A stretch of 64,000 bases of DNA. Source: Deltaproteobacteria bacterium CG11_big_fil_rev_8_21_14_0_20_47_16. GTDB lineage: Bacteria; UBA10199; GCA-002796325; 1-14-0-20-47-16. The translations under genes and the position numbers were made by a program. The DNA is taken from contig PCXA01000007.1 of the NCBI GenBank assembly GCA_002796325.1, forward strand, positions 145,780 through 209,779, read 5' to 3'. The notes under the pieces are model-generated. The model ran no database searches and had not been told where the DNA came from. It was given only the letters and a program-made list of their open reading frames with translations. How positions within the stretch are numbered: the stretch's first letter is position 1; each line of letters begins with the position of its first letter. Shown here piece by piece: positions 38,707-48,159 of the stretch.

Positions 38707-41283
38707 TTACTGAAAATCATACATCTCTATGCCGCGCTCGGGATTGGCGGCAAAGACAATGCTACCAGAAGAATCAATGTCGGTGAATTGACATTCGGAG
38801 CAGTTCTCTCCAAACCCGCCATCCAGATCCAAAAGGGCAGCAGGATGTAATCCGTTCGTGCCGTTTAATTGGACAAGGTAATGACCACCAGCTGACACTA
38901 CTTTTCCTGTGGGGGCATCAACTGCTTCCTTAAAGATATTGAAACCGATATCCAAAATACGTGTGGTGGTAGCGCTTTCAATCCAACGCAGGAAACCATT
39001 GGGGTGTAAGTTGATAAACGTGTTCTGAAGTCGAACAGCAGATAGGCCAGATGCAGTATCGGCTTGTGGAAGTGGTGTAATTTCACCAGTTGGATTACAT
39101 GAATTGATGTCGGGTGCCATTTGTGGGCTAACATGCATATTCATTAACCACACATTGTACGTAGGGTTATAATGTTGGAAGAATCCCCTTAGGACAAAGT
39201 CACCTGCTTGAGGATCTGGAACAACACTTAGGCGACCCAAAAATTGAGCTTGATCATTGAGCTTTCCATAGCTGGTATTCCATGAATAATTATTGTTGGG
39301 ATCAACGATATCGCTGCATCCTTGAATAGTTGCTACGCGATTGAACATGGAAGCTGCAGAAATGTCCATTTGTGCAACGATAACGCGATACCGATTGGCA
39401 ATACCGTCCCATCCATGAACTAAAATTGCAAGATGGTAGATATTGGGTAATGCAGGATTGGTAAATACTTTGATATCATCAACACGTTCAAACTCACCGT
39501 TAACTCCCATTCCGCTAAATGCTCCCAAGGTATATAGATCAAATATACCAGTTTTATTGGAAGCCTTACTTAGAGAAAAGGCCATGACGGCAGGACCCTT
39601 GATGGCAGTGCTGATATTGTCACCAGTAATGGTATCCTTATAGACCCTCACACGTGGTCCTAGTGTGCCATGGCGCACATCAAAGATGAGACCACCCGAG
39701 TGAAATAGTCTGGCATTATTAGCGTCTGCCACGGAGTCATTATCTTGAGCATTGACGATCGGAAATGATGCATAATCATCAGATACTGTACTCTGAAATA
39801 CAGTCGCGTTCTTGGCCGTGTCGTTATAGCTGACAGATCTATTGCCAATGTTCAGTACTTTTGTGATGGCGGTGTATGGTACAGTCGTTGGTTCCCCTAG
39901 ACCATTTTGATAGTCTTTGTGCTCCCAAATAGCCGTTGTGGGACCAGTTGGTAGAAACTGTGGTACTGTGACAATCGTCTTAACGCCTACGTTGATTTCG
40001 TCAGTAGTAGATCGCATTGTTGCACTACGAACATAATCAAAAGGTTGTTTGGTGGGCCACACAGACCATTTTTGTTGAGTTGGTCCGGCAAAAAAGTTGT
40101 CAACGCGCGCAATGCTGTCCAAGCCACGAATGAATGCTGTAGAAACAAAAGTGTCCATGCGCCCCATTCGGAAATCACCAAGTTTTGCAGGAATGCCAGA
40201 CCATAGGTTTGCGATTGGAGTGCCAATGGGTGTGTTATAAGTTGCAATACCACTTTCCAAAACGGTGGGTGCTGAGAGTTGATAGCTTGTGCCAAATAAG
40301 AATATGGCTGTGGAGGTAATGTTAATATCTGACGCAAAGAATCGATCAAACTTTCCAAGTTGCATCACAAATGGCTCAACAGGTGTCTGACGAGCAATAT
40401 CGATCAAATATGCAGTTGATTGAAATGACAGCCATTCGTTTTGTAATGCCAGCTTGAACTGATCTGCACTTACAAATTCTTCTGGTAATCGTGATGACGT
40501 TAAGAATGCAGCTAATGTACTATCTGCTACAACTTTAGTGGGATGAAAGAGGCGTTTATCCTTGGCATTTGCAGGATCCACAGGATGATCCTTGGCTTGA
40601 TACGCAACAAACATGCAGCCAAACCCCAATTGAAGATCAGAAAGCTTTGCAATGAGTACGTTGTCATCAGCCACCATGTAGACCATTTCAGTAGGCTGCT
40701 CTCCTGCAGATAAAATTTGGTTTTTGGCAGTGGCAACGGATCGGATGCGCGTGATGGCATCTACGGACTTTTGGGATACAACTGAAAATGAATTCCCATT
40801 GTAATTCAGGCCAATAATATCGAGACCGCCGTCTGTTCCAACAAGCACTGTTGGATTGCTCGCATTTCCAGTAATAATAATGCTGCGGATCATGTTGTGG
40901 GTAGTCAAGGAAAGCGAATCACCAATATGTAATTTCCGTCCCTCATTCCATACCGGAATATAGCCAGAGAGTTGCTTGATGATGGCATATGCTGTTGTGG
41001 TTCCACCCCAGCTTTTACGATAGGCCCGCTGCATGGCAGTAGTGGCATATGTGGTTAAACTGACGGGGTTACCTGTTGTAATGTCTGAAAAGGCCCATTG
41101 TCCTGGGAGAGTGCCACATTCAGAGACCTTGGTGACGTTGCCAACGGCAGGGGCCTCAATAGTGGTAGGAGTAATGGTCGTTGTCGGGTTTTCAGGCGTT
41201 ATGTCGCCACTGCCGCCACATGCAGTCAAAAGTGTGGCAGTTAACAGTGTAAAAATAAAGGGTTTTTTAATAAGATCCCCCAT
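38707..41283 (-). CDS. Large (858 aa) lipoprotein, no recognisable domain
   Basis: Lipobox LLTACGGS; GGAGG RBS; Thr/Asn/Gly-rich, beta-rich composition. Confidence 0.6.
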   Translation of the reverse strand: MGDLIKKPFIFTLLTATLLTACGGSGDITPENPTTTITPTTIEAPAVGNVTKVSECGTLPGQWAFSDITTGNPVSLTTYATTAMQRAYRKSWGGTTTAYAIIKQLSGYIPVWNEGRKLHIGDSLSLTTHNMIRSIIITGNASNPTVLVGTDGGLDIIGLNYNGNSFSVVSQKSVDAITRIRSVATAKNQILSAGEQPTEMVYMVADDNVLIAKLSDLQLGFGCMFVAYQAKDHPVDPANAKDKRLFHPTKVVADSTLAAFLTSSRLPEEFVSADQFKLALQNEWLSFQSTAYLIDIARQTPVEPFVMQLGKFDRFFASDINITSTAIFLFGTSYQLSAPTVLESGIATYNTPIGTPIANLWSGIPAKLGDFRMGRMDTFVSTAFIRGLDSIARVDNFFAGPTQQKWSVWPTKQPFDYVRSATMRSTTDEINVGVKTIVTVPQFLPTGPTTAIWEHKDYQNGLGEPTTVPYTAITKVLNIGNRSVSYNDTAKNATVFQSTVSDDYASFPIVNAQDNDSVADANNARLFHSGGLIFDVRHGTLGPRVRVYKDTITGDNISTAIKGPAVMAFSLSKASNKTGIFDLYTLGAFSGMGVNGEFERVDDIKVFTNPALPNIYHLAILVHGWDGIANRYRVIVAQMDISAASMFNRVATIQGCSDIVDPNNNYSWNTSYGKLNDQAQFLGRLSVVPDPQAGDFVLRGFFQHYNPTYNVWLMNMHVSPQMAPDINSCNPTGEITPLPQADTASGLSAVRLQNTFINLHPNGFLRWIESATTTRILDIGFNIFKEAVDAPTGKVVSAGGHYLVQLNGTNGLHPAALLDLDGGFGENCSECQFTDIDSSGSIVFAANPERGIEMYDFQ

Positions 41284-41378
41284 CGTAGGGCCTCCATACC
41301 TATTATCGGTAGAAATTGCAAAAAGTTGCCTAATATGAACCTTTTTATTTCCGTCATCTCCTTGAGGGAGAGGGCTGC

Positions 41379-41927
41379 CTACTTTGCCATTTTGCGTGCC
41401 CAGTTACCCACCGCAATGGAAGCAGCAGCATAGAGTAGCGGAAGCCACATGGGGATTCTGAGAAAGTCAGGATAGGTGTAGTGGAATTCACCAATGTAGC
41501 TCAGTGTGCTTTCAATGGTGCAGCCAATAATGACTGTAATAACAAGGGGTGGAATTGCGTGCCAACTTCGGTTCCAACGCCATGCCATCAGAAACACCAA
41601 AATACTCAGAACAATGGTTTTGCCAAAATCCGAATAAGATAGAAAAGCACTTGCGGCATATACCATGAGAAAAGCAATCAATCCGGTGACGACCTCGGAC
41701 CACGACAGATTTTTTGAGGAGACGTGAAAGACACGATCATAATATAAATGACCATAAGCAACTGCAAGTGTTGCAGATCCAAACAAAATTGGAACCCACC
41801 ACGCCGTATTTAGGATCCAAGGATCAGTGTAATATAAAATGCCAGAGATATTGTGGAAGCCATCAGAAATGGCACCGGCGATTCCGCCAATGACAAACAT
41901 TATGATGGCGCGTTTCCATGTCAACAT
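41379..41927 (-). CDS. Hypothetical integral membrane protein
   Basis: Five or six hydrophobic helices; immediately downstream of murU-like gene. Confidence 0.5.
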   Translation of the reverse strand: MLTWKRAIIMFVIGGIAGAISDGFHNISGILYYTDPWILNTAWWVPILFGSATLAVAYGHLYYDRVFHVSSKNLSWSEVVTGLIAFLMVYAASAFLSYSDFGKTIVLSILVFLMAWRWNRSWHAIPPLVITVIIGCTIESTLSYIGEFHYTYPDFLRIPMWLPLLYAAASIAVGNWARKMAK

Positions 41928-41929
41928 GA

Positions 41930-42658
41930 CTATGACCTCATGTGTACCGGGTTTAAGCGAATAATACCGTCTAAAATATCAATGCGGGTCTTTTCGTATC
42001 GTTCAATAGTGCCAATATCGTTCCAATATCCAGTATGACAAATAGTGTCAAAAATCGCACCACTTGCAATAAGTGGTTTGTAACCATCGTTGATCACGGA
42101 TGATTCACCGTCTGGTAGTTGAGCAATGAGTCTTGGCGTGACAATTTGGACGCCTGCAAAAGTGACATCACCTTCACCAAATCCTGTGAGACGTCCATTG
42201 TCTGCAACACTCACAAGGCCATAATTATCTTCTGCTGAAACAGGGCAGGTGACCATAAGGCCTGCATGTTCGGGATTAAATGCTGCTATAACCGTTTTTA
42301 AATTGATGCCCATGAGTGTGTCGGCATTGATCGCAATGAATGGTTTATCTTCAAAAAATGGTGCTGCCTTCTTGAGTCCACCACCACTTCCTAAAATAGT
42401 GGGTTCTTCAGAATATGAAATACGCATTCCCCATTGGGATCCATCACCACAATACTCTGAGACTTGCTCACCTAAATAATGCAGATTGATTATGACATCA
42501 CGAATGCCCGCCGTTTGCAGTAGGCCTAGGCTATAGGCAATAAGTGGATGACCATCCATGGGAAGCATGGGTTTGGGTGTGCTATCGGTGAGTGGACGCA
42601 ACCGCGTTCCAAACCCAGCAGCAAGGAGCATAGCTTTGGTAATAGTCATGACTGCCAC
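41930..42658 (-). CDS. murU: Sugar-1-phosphate nucleotidyltransferase, MurU-like
   Basis: LLAAGFGTRLRPLTDSTPKPMLP nucleotidyltransferase motif; paired with AmgK-like kinase. Confidence 0.7.
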   Translation of the reverse strand: MAVMTITKAMLLAAGFGTRLRPLTDSTPKPMLPMDGHPLIAYSLGLLQTAGIRDVIINLHYLGEQVSEYCGDGSQWGMRISYSEEPTILGSGGGLKKAAPFFEDKPFIAINADTLMGINLKTVIAAFNPEHAGLMVTCPVSAEDNYGLVSVADNGRLTGFGEGDVTFAGVQIVTPRLIAQLPDGESSVINDGYKPLIASGAIFDTICHTGYWNDIGTIERYEKTRIDILDGIIRLNPVHMRS

Positions 42659-43680
42659 TCCGGGACATATGGGGTGAGTAGTGCCAGCAATTCAGGTCCG
42701 TCGTTAATTCGGTTTAATGCATCGCGAGCGTATCCCAGTGAAGTAGGAATAAATTCTAGGTAGTTGGGGTTTCCCTTAACGCGATCAATATATACAAAAC
42801 GTCCTGCATCTTTTAACTTGCGCTGCACAGTCACCAAATCAAAAGCACTTTGTACTTCTAAAAGAGGCATGTCCCGTAATGCTGCATATTGACCTATCAA
42901 CTTTTGCAAGACATCTGCAGATAAGGTGACGTAAGAATCGCGCAACAATGCGACCAGATCGTAAATATAAGGTCCACGAAGGGCATCCTGAAAGTCAATC
43001 ACTACAAGTGAGTCATTTTGGATGAGGATGTTCCGACTCTGATAATCACGGTGGGTAAATCCGTATGGGAGCTCGGTGATGGCCTTAGTAATACGATTTG
43101 TAATTGCTCTACATTCCTTTTGAACTTTTTCAGGTAGCGCTTCATTACGTCGTGCATCAATTGCCCATTCAATAAAGTGGGCAAATTCCCAGTTAAGCAA
43201 GGTGGCATCGAATGAACGCTGTAGGGCGATACATTCATGCGGACGTGCGGTGCCACATTGTGCCTGAATGGTTGAGAGTAAATCAACAGCCTTCCCATAC
43301 CAGAATAATTTGTCTGTATCTGAGGTTTGCGCAACCTTGGTGTAAAGTAATGTGTCGCCACAATCTTCAAGTAACATCATGCGAAGATCAGGGCTAAAGA
43401 ATATAATGTCTGGGACGGGAATTGCGTTTGATTTTAAAAATCTTTGAACATTCTGAAATGGGGTTTCTTCGATCGTCCCAGAAAAATTGGTAATTTCTTC
43501 AGATGCACTTGCCTTACCCTCTGGCAGTTGCATGACAATGTAGCTTCGACCATCTTTTAGGAATAATCGATAGTAGGTGCGATACGAGGCATCACCATGC
43601 AATTTAGTAATGGATTCAACTGTTGGTGCTTCTGCAAATGCTTCACTTAATAAGTGTGTGATTTTAGTGTCAGTAGTCAT
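42646..43680 (-). CDS. amgK: Aminoglycoside-phosphotransferase-fold kinase, AmgK-like (anomeric MurNAc/GlcNAc kinase)
   Basis: HRDYQSRNILI catalytic loop and IDFQDA; overlaps murU-like start. Confidence 0.65.
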   Translation of the reverse strand: MTTDTKITHLLSEAFAEAPTVESITKLHGDASYRTYYRLFLKDGRSYIVMQLPEGKASASEEITNFSGTIEETPFQNVQRFLKSNAIPVPDIIFFSPDLRMMLLEDCGDTLLYTKVAQTSDTDKLFWYGKAVDLLSTIQAQCGTARPHECIALQRSFDATLLNWEFAHFIEWAIDARRNEALPEKVQKECRAITNRITKAITELPYGFTHRDYQSRNILIQNDSLVVIDFQDALRGPYIYDLVALLRDSYVTLSADVLQKLIGQYAALRDMPLLEVQSAFDLVTVQRKLKDAGRFVYIDRVKGNPNYLEFIPTSLGYARDALNRINDGPELLALLTPYVPEWQS

Positions 43681-43724
43681 GTGGCCGCTATTAGCGGGCC
43701 GCAGGGACAAATGCAACGATGCAA

Positions 43725-44129
43725 TTATGGTGTAATTGTCATTTGTTTGTCAGCATTGCTCAGGTTGGTAATGACAAGTACGGCAATGTTCTGAAGACCT
43801 AATGGGGCATCTGCGGGAATGACAAAAGTGAGGGTTTCACCAGCACTTGCAACCCCATACTGAATGCCAGTGGTTTGCACTGAATCAGCATTGGTACCCA
43901 CCATAACAATGTCAAACGCCTCAAGCGTTGAAAATCCGATACCTGTGAGCGTGACTGTGTCTCCGCGGGCTGCAGTTGTTGGGCTAATTGAAAAAATGAG
44001 TGGTGGTTCCAGGCCTGTTGGTATGCTGGGGTCGACATCAGTTGTAACTGTATCTGCACCCACTTGGGCACCACCACATCCAGATATGAAGAGCAGACCC
44101 AAGATTAGCAATGGTTTGAGATGTTTCAT
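43725..44129 (-). CDS. IPT/TIG-domain lipoprotein
   Basis: Lipobox LLFISGCGG; Ig-like PTTAARGDTVTLTGIGF. Confidence 0.55.
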   Translation of the reverse strand: MKHLKPLLILGLLFISGCGGAQVGADTVTTDVDPSIPTGLEPPLIFSISPTTAARGDTVTLTGIGFSTLEAFDIVMVGTNADSVQTTGIQYGVASAGETLTFVIPADAPLGLQNIAVLVITNLSNADKQMTITP

Positions 44130-44161
44130 TGCGATGACGGTATCTCGAGAAATAAGGGGAG

Positions 44162-44764
44162 TCAACAGTTTGAAGAACCTGGATGTTTTGCCACGGGCAA
44201 GATGCCTTCTTGTACTAAAACATCACGCAGCCGCTGGTCGCCAGTTGCTAAAAAGCGCTCATAGCATTCTAAAAGATTAATATCAGTCAAGTTGCGGCCT
44301 GCCTTACCAACGTCGTTTACAACATCTACTAAATGACGAAACTTAATGCCCATCTCTTCAAAAACCTCCGAAAATCCACGCTGTCCCGGCATGGACGAGG
44401 CTAGGGTAAGGTAAGCACCACCGCCCATTCGGATATAATAGTCGAGTGTTTTAAAGCGACGAGTGGCACGTTCAGGAAAAATGCCAGCCACAAACAGGGC
44501 GTTATCTCCCAAAAACTTAAGGGTACGAACCCGTGTTGCGGTATCCCCATGGACGGCGCGTTCTAGCAGCAATGCCAGAGGTGTGTCTTCTGGTTGACCA
44601 CCAACACAATCAAATGCCTTGTCTGTTTTTTTGAGCTCAGAGAGTAGATTGACGATATAGAATTCGCTGTCTTCGGTGAGCGAGATCTTATGTTTTACAA
44701 TGGCCCTTCGGACGAGGTCCCTAAAGAATGACAACAGACTACTGTTTTCAACGACATCTGCCAT
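44162..44764 (-). CDS. Hypothetical cytoplasmic protein (200 aa)
   Basis: Codirectional ORF with no recognisable motif; heads the amgK-murU gene string. Confidence 0.45.
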   Translation of the reverse strand: MADVVENSSLLSFFRDLVRRAIVKHKISLTEDSEFYIVNLLSELKKTDKAFDCVGGQPEDTPLALLLERAVHGDTATRVRTLKFLGDNALFVAGIFPERATRRFKTLDYYIRMGGGAYLTLASSMPGQRGFSEVFEEMGIKFRHLVDVVNDVGKAGRNLTDINLLECYERFLATGDQRLRDVLVQEGILPVAKHPGSSNC

Positions 44765-44805
44765 ACTGCTAAATTTTAAAGATTATTTGCCCTAGTGTCA
44801 ATTGG

Positions 44806-46137
44806 CTAATTGGCAGGGGGGGTGGGAGGGGTCTTGGTCGCGGGCGCCGCCACTGTGGGAGGTGTTTCGAGGAGGTAGCGATAACTATCCGCCAAACTAT
44901 GATACAGATTACGGGTTCCCATCAAACGTGCCAAGAGATAGGCAATGAGTGCAGCTAACATGATGGGTAGGAGCATTTGGTGATGTCCTGTCATTTCAAA
45001 AATAATAACAAAAGCGGTCATGGGTGCTTGAATGGCACCCGATAGGAAAGCGGCCATACCAATCATGGCACAGGCGCTAATTGGTGCGTTTAGCCAATGA
45101 CCCATATTGGCGCCTAACGCTGCGCCCATGGATAAGGATGGTGCAAAGATGCCTCCCGCAATTCCTGACCAATAGGTAAACAAAGTGGCACCCATTTTAG
45201 TCCAGGGGAAAATGAAGACCCAATTGTCATAATCACCATTTACCAAACGTTGGGCGGCTTCGTTACCAGGGCCTAGCACGTTGGGGCCACTAATGGTGGC
45301 AAGACCCAGAAGCGCAAATGACAAAATGACAATCAATATGATTTGGGATCGACGGCTATAGAAGAGGCTCAGTACTCGGCGACCATTGAGGAGTGCAGCA
45401 GCAAATAGAATTCCGGCTAAACCAGAAAACACGCTAACGGCCAAGATCGCGTCCAAACGAATAGCGGGTGGGTCTGCGAGTTTACCAAAATAGGTGTAGT
45501 CGCCGGTAAATGTTTTGGCGGCAATGGCTGCAATAATGATAGACATGAGCACCACATCTTTAATGCTGCCAAAATATTCGGGCATGAGTTCTTCAATGGC
45601 AAATGTTACTCCAGCCAGTGGGGTATTAAACGCGGCGGCTAAACCAGCTGCGCCACCCGCTACCACTGCTGATTTCATGTCAAAGTTCAAACCTAAGAAA
45701 CGTCGGAACAAAAGTAAAATGCCTACAAAGACGCAGGCAGCCACATGGACGGTTGGGCCTTCACGGCCGGTTGATGCACCGGCCCAAATAGCAATGTAAA
45801 GAGCGAGTATTTTAACAACGAGTGTCTTAAATGATGTGAGCGGTGCAAGCTTATGCTGGTTATGCACTGTTGCATGTTCGGCCGCAAAAACGGCTTGTGG
45901 GATACCAGCGCCTGCTGCACAAGGTGCTAACCAGCGAATCATGGTAACGCTGATAATGAACAATATGGGGGTGGTAAGCCATGCCCAGTAGCCAATATGC
46001 CAAAAATCCAATCGTTCATAGATGACCGCATCAAACCCAAGCATGAATAAAACGCAGGCGACCCCGGTAATTGCAGCCGCAGTTAAATAGCCAAACAGGG
46101 TTAAGCCATAGCGATGTTTGAGGAACTCTTTAAACAT
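44806..46137 (-). CDS. ClC-family chloride channel / H+-Cl- antiporter
   Basis: GREGP and GIAGGIFAPSL selectivity motifs. Confidence 0.85.
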   Translation of the reverse strand: MFKEFLKHRYGLTLFGYLTAAAITGVACVLFMLGFDAVIYERLDFWHIGYWAWLTTPILFIISVTMIRWLAPCAAGAGIPQAVFAAEHATVHNQHKLAPLTSFKTLVVKILALYIAIWAGASTGREGPTVHVAACVFVGILLLFRRFLGLNFDMKSAVVAGGAAGLAAAFNTPLAGVTFAIEELMPEYFGSIKDVVLMSIIIAAIAAKTFTGDYTYFGKLADPPAIRLDAILAVSVFSGLAGILFAAALLNGRRVLSLFYSRRSQIILIVILSFALLGLATISGPNVLGPGNEAAQRLVNGDYDNWVFIFPWTKMGATLFTYWSGIAGGIFAPSLSMGAALGANMGHWLNAPISACAMIGMAAFLSGAIQAPMTAFVIIFEMTGHHQMLLPIMLAALIAYLLARLMGTRNLYHSLADSYRYLLETPPTVAAPATKTPPTPPAN

Positions 46138-46143
46138 GATGGG

Positions 46144-47145
46144 TTATTGTTCAGTATTCATATCGGTGGTTGCTGGTGGTTCAAAAAGATCCTTGGATAC
46201 CCGTGTTAGATAAAATGCACCGACGATGGCCTTAAGTAACATGTTTCCGAAAATCCATAGCAAGCTAGAGCTGAGAATGATGGCTGCAGCTGTGAGTTCG
46301 CCACTGGCAATTAATGGTGACTGTACACTGTTTTGCAGCAGTTCAATGAGTGCACTATTGGTGATTCCCAATCCGCTTGGGCTAATGGGTAAAATTCCCA
46401 AAATAAAAGCAATTGGAGTGGCCCCAAGAACGGTCAAAAATGGGGCATGTGCATTGTAGGTGAGTAGTACGACATACATACAAGAAATAATGCTGGCATG
46501 CACGGGAGTGCGCATCAATGCCATTTTGGCATAGTCGCTAAGATGCGCTTCATGGAAGATCCGAAGAAACTTCTTTTGACGCAACCATTGGGTGACGCGC
46601 CATGGCTTGTTACTCCAGTAGTGCCAGTAGAAAAGATGTAAGATAAGTGCAACGGCAGCAAAGGCACCAAACCCACGTACTGTAGGACCCAAGTGCACGC
46701 CACGAATTTGAAAGTCCTCAAAGAAGGATCCTAAAACTGCCATTCCGATTAGCCAGTATAGATCTACAAGCGCTACGAAGGCAAATGTGCCCAGAACTTC
46801 CCATATGGGAATTTGCTTAGTGCGCTTTAAGTAATAGGCGAAGGCGCCTTGGCTGGCACCGTAATTGAGAATCATGATGAGATAAGTGACAGCGCGTGCG
46901 GGCATGAGTTCTTTAAAGCTAATGGGATGATGGAATCTAGACAGTACTGCAGAGAATGCCCAGTTATCCAACGCAAAGACAAAGAAGAAATAGAAAAGCG
47001 AAAAACCAGAAAACCACAATAAATTTGCGTGTTTAGCGGCGTTTATGAGGGAGGAGATAGGGTAGCTGTGGAAGAGCCAAGCAAAGATTCCAATGGCGAC
47101 TGCCCAAGGTCCAACCAATTTGAATATGTGAATTATGCGTTTCAT
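46144..47145 (-). CDS. Lysylphosphatidylglycerol-synthase-TM-like (flippase-like, UPF0104) membrane protein
   Basis: Polytopic membrane protein; family by recall; start uncertain (47145 preferred because 47292 sits inside a terminator hairpin). Confidence 0.55.
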   Translation of the reverse strand: MKRIIHIFKLVGPWAVAIGIFAWLFHSYPISSLINAAKHANLLWFSGFSLFYFFFVFALDNWAFSAVLSRFHHPISFKELMPARAVTYLIMILNYGASQGAFAYYLKRTKQIPIWEVLGTFAFVALVDLYWLIGMAVLGSFFEDFQIRGVHLGPTVRGFGAFAAVALILHLFYWHYWSNKPWRVTQWLRQKKFLRIFHEAHLSDYAKMALMRTPVHASIISCMYVVLLTYNAHAPFLTVLGATPIAFILGILPISPSGLGITNSALIELLQNSVQSPLIASGELTAAAIILSSSLLWIFGNMLLKAIVGAFYLTRVSKDLFEPPATTDMNTEQ

Positions 47146-47297
47146 TGTTTTTTCTAAGCAACTTTTTCCGTAACCAACCGATAACCTACATGAGTGAGGA
47201 TGAATACAAAAAAACACCAAAAGTAAATGACTTGGTGGGGCACGGGGGAAGGAGATACGCCCCATCCCATAATCCCCCACTCCTTCTCCCAAACAAA

Positions 47298-47332
47298 ACG
47301 CCTTCGCTTATGCGAGGGCGTTTTTGTTTTTT
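47298..47332. terminator. Intrinsic terminator downstream of proC
   Basis: ACGCCTTCGC-ttat-GCGAGGGCGT stem followed by T-rich run on both strands. Confidence 0.55.
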
Positions 47333-47334
47333 CA

Positions 47335-48147
47335 CTATTCGAGCTCCTGAGCACGTTGGATAGCGGCAGCGACTGTTTCAGAAAGAATGTCGGCACAGTC
47401 ACTACTGTTCAAATGTTTTAATCCCTCAATTGTAATACCACCTGGTGAGCTAACTTCATGAATCAGCTCAGGGAGGGTGGCGTATCTCTTTTGTGCTAAC
47501 AAGCTGGCGCCTGAGAATGTTTGGAGTGTCAGATCGGTTGCTAGTTTTTCTGCAAGACCTGCTCTTGTGCCGGCTTTGATGAATGCTTCCATCAGCCAAA
47601 ATACAAATGCAGGACCCGATCCAGCAAGTGCCATAACGGCGTTGGCTTGGGATTCCGGAACTTCGGCAACAGTACCCACGGCCTCACACAAACGCAGTAC
47701 CCATTGCTTTTGTGCATTTGTACAGATGGGGTCAAAGCTGACAGCTTGGGCTGCCATGCCGATACGTGCCGCAGTATTACTCATCACACGTACGACAGGG
47801 ACATCCTTGCCAATCGTTTCCTTAATTTTAGCGATTGAGGCACCTGTTGCGAGCGAAATAATCAGGTGCTTGTCAGTAATGCGATCTGATATTTCCGTTA
47901 GTACGCTGGTAAGATCAATGGGTTTAACCGCCAAGATGATTGTGTCAGATGTGTCAACCACATCTGAGTTGGTTCGTGTTGCCAATATTTGAAAGTCATG
48001 GTGCAACCGCTGTTGGCTTGTACTTGTTTTGGTATGCACAACAATATGTTGAGGCGGACATATTTTTTTGGCCAGAACGCCTGCAATAAATACGGTAGCC
48101 ATTTTGCCACCACCGATAAATCCAATTTTGTGACTATGGTTGGTCAT
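47335..48147 (-). CDS. proC: Pyrroline-5-carboxylate reductase
   Basis: IGFIGGGKMA Rossmann motif and C-terminal dimerisation region. Confidence 0.9.
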   Translation of the reverse strand: MTNHSHKIGFIGGGKMATVFIAGVLAKKICPPQHIVVHTKTSTSQQRLHHDFQILATRTNSDVVDTSDTIILAVKPIDLTSVLTEISDRITDKHLIISLATGASIAKIKETIGKDVPVVRVMSNTAARIGMAAQAVSFDPICTNAQKQWVLRLCEAVGTVAEVPESQANAVMALAGSGPAFVFWLMEAFIKAGTRAGLAEKLATDLTLQTFSGASLLAQKRYATLPELIHEVSSPGGITIEGLKHLNSSDCADILSETVAAAIQRAQELE

Positions 48148-48159
48148 ATATCCTCCAAT

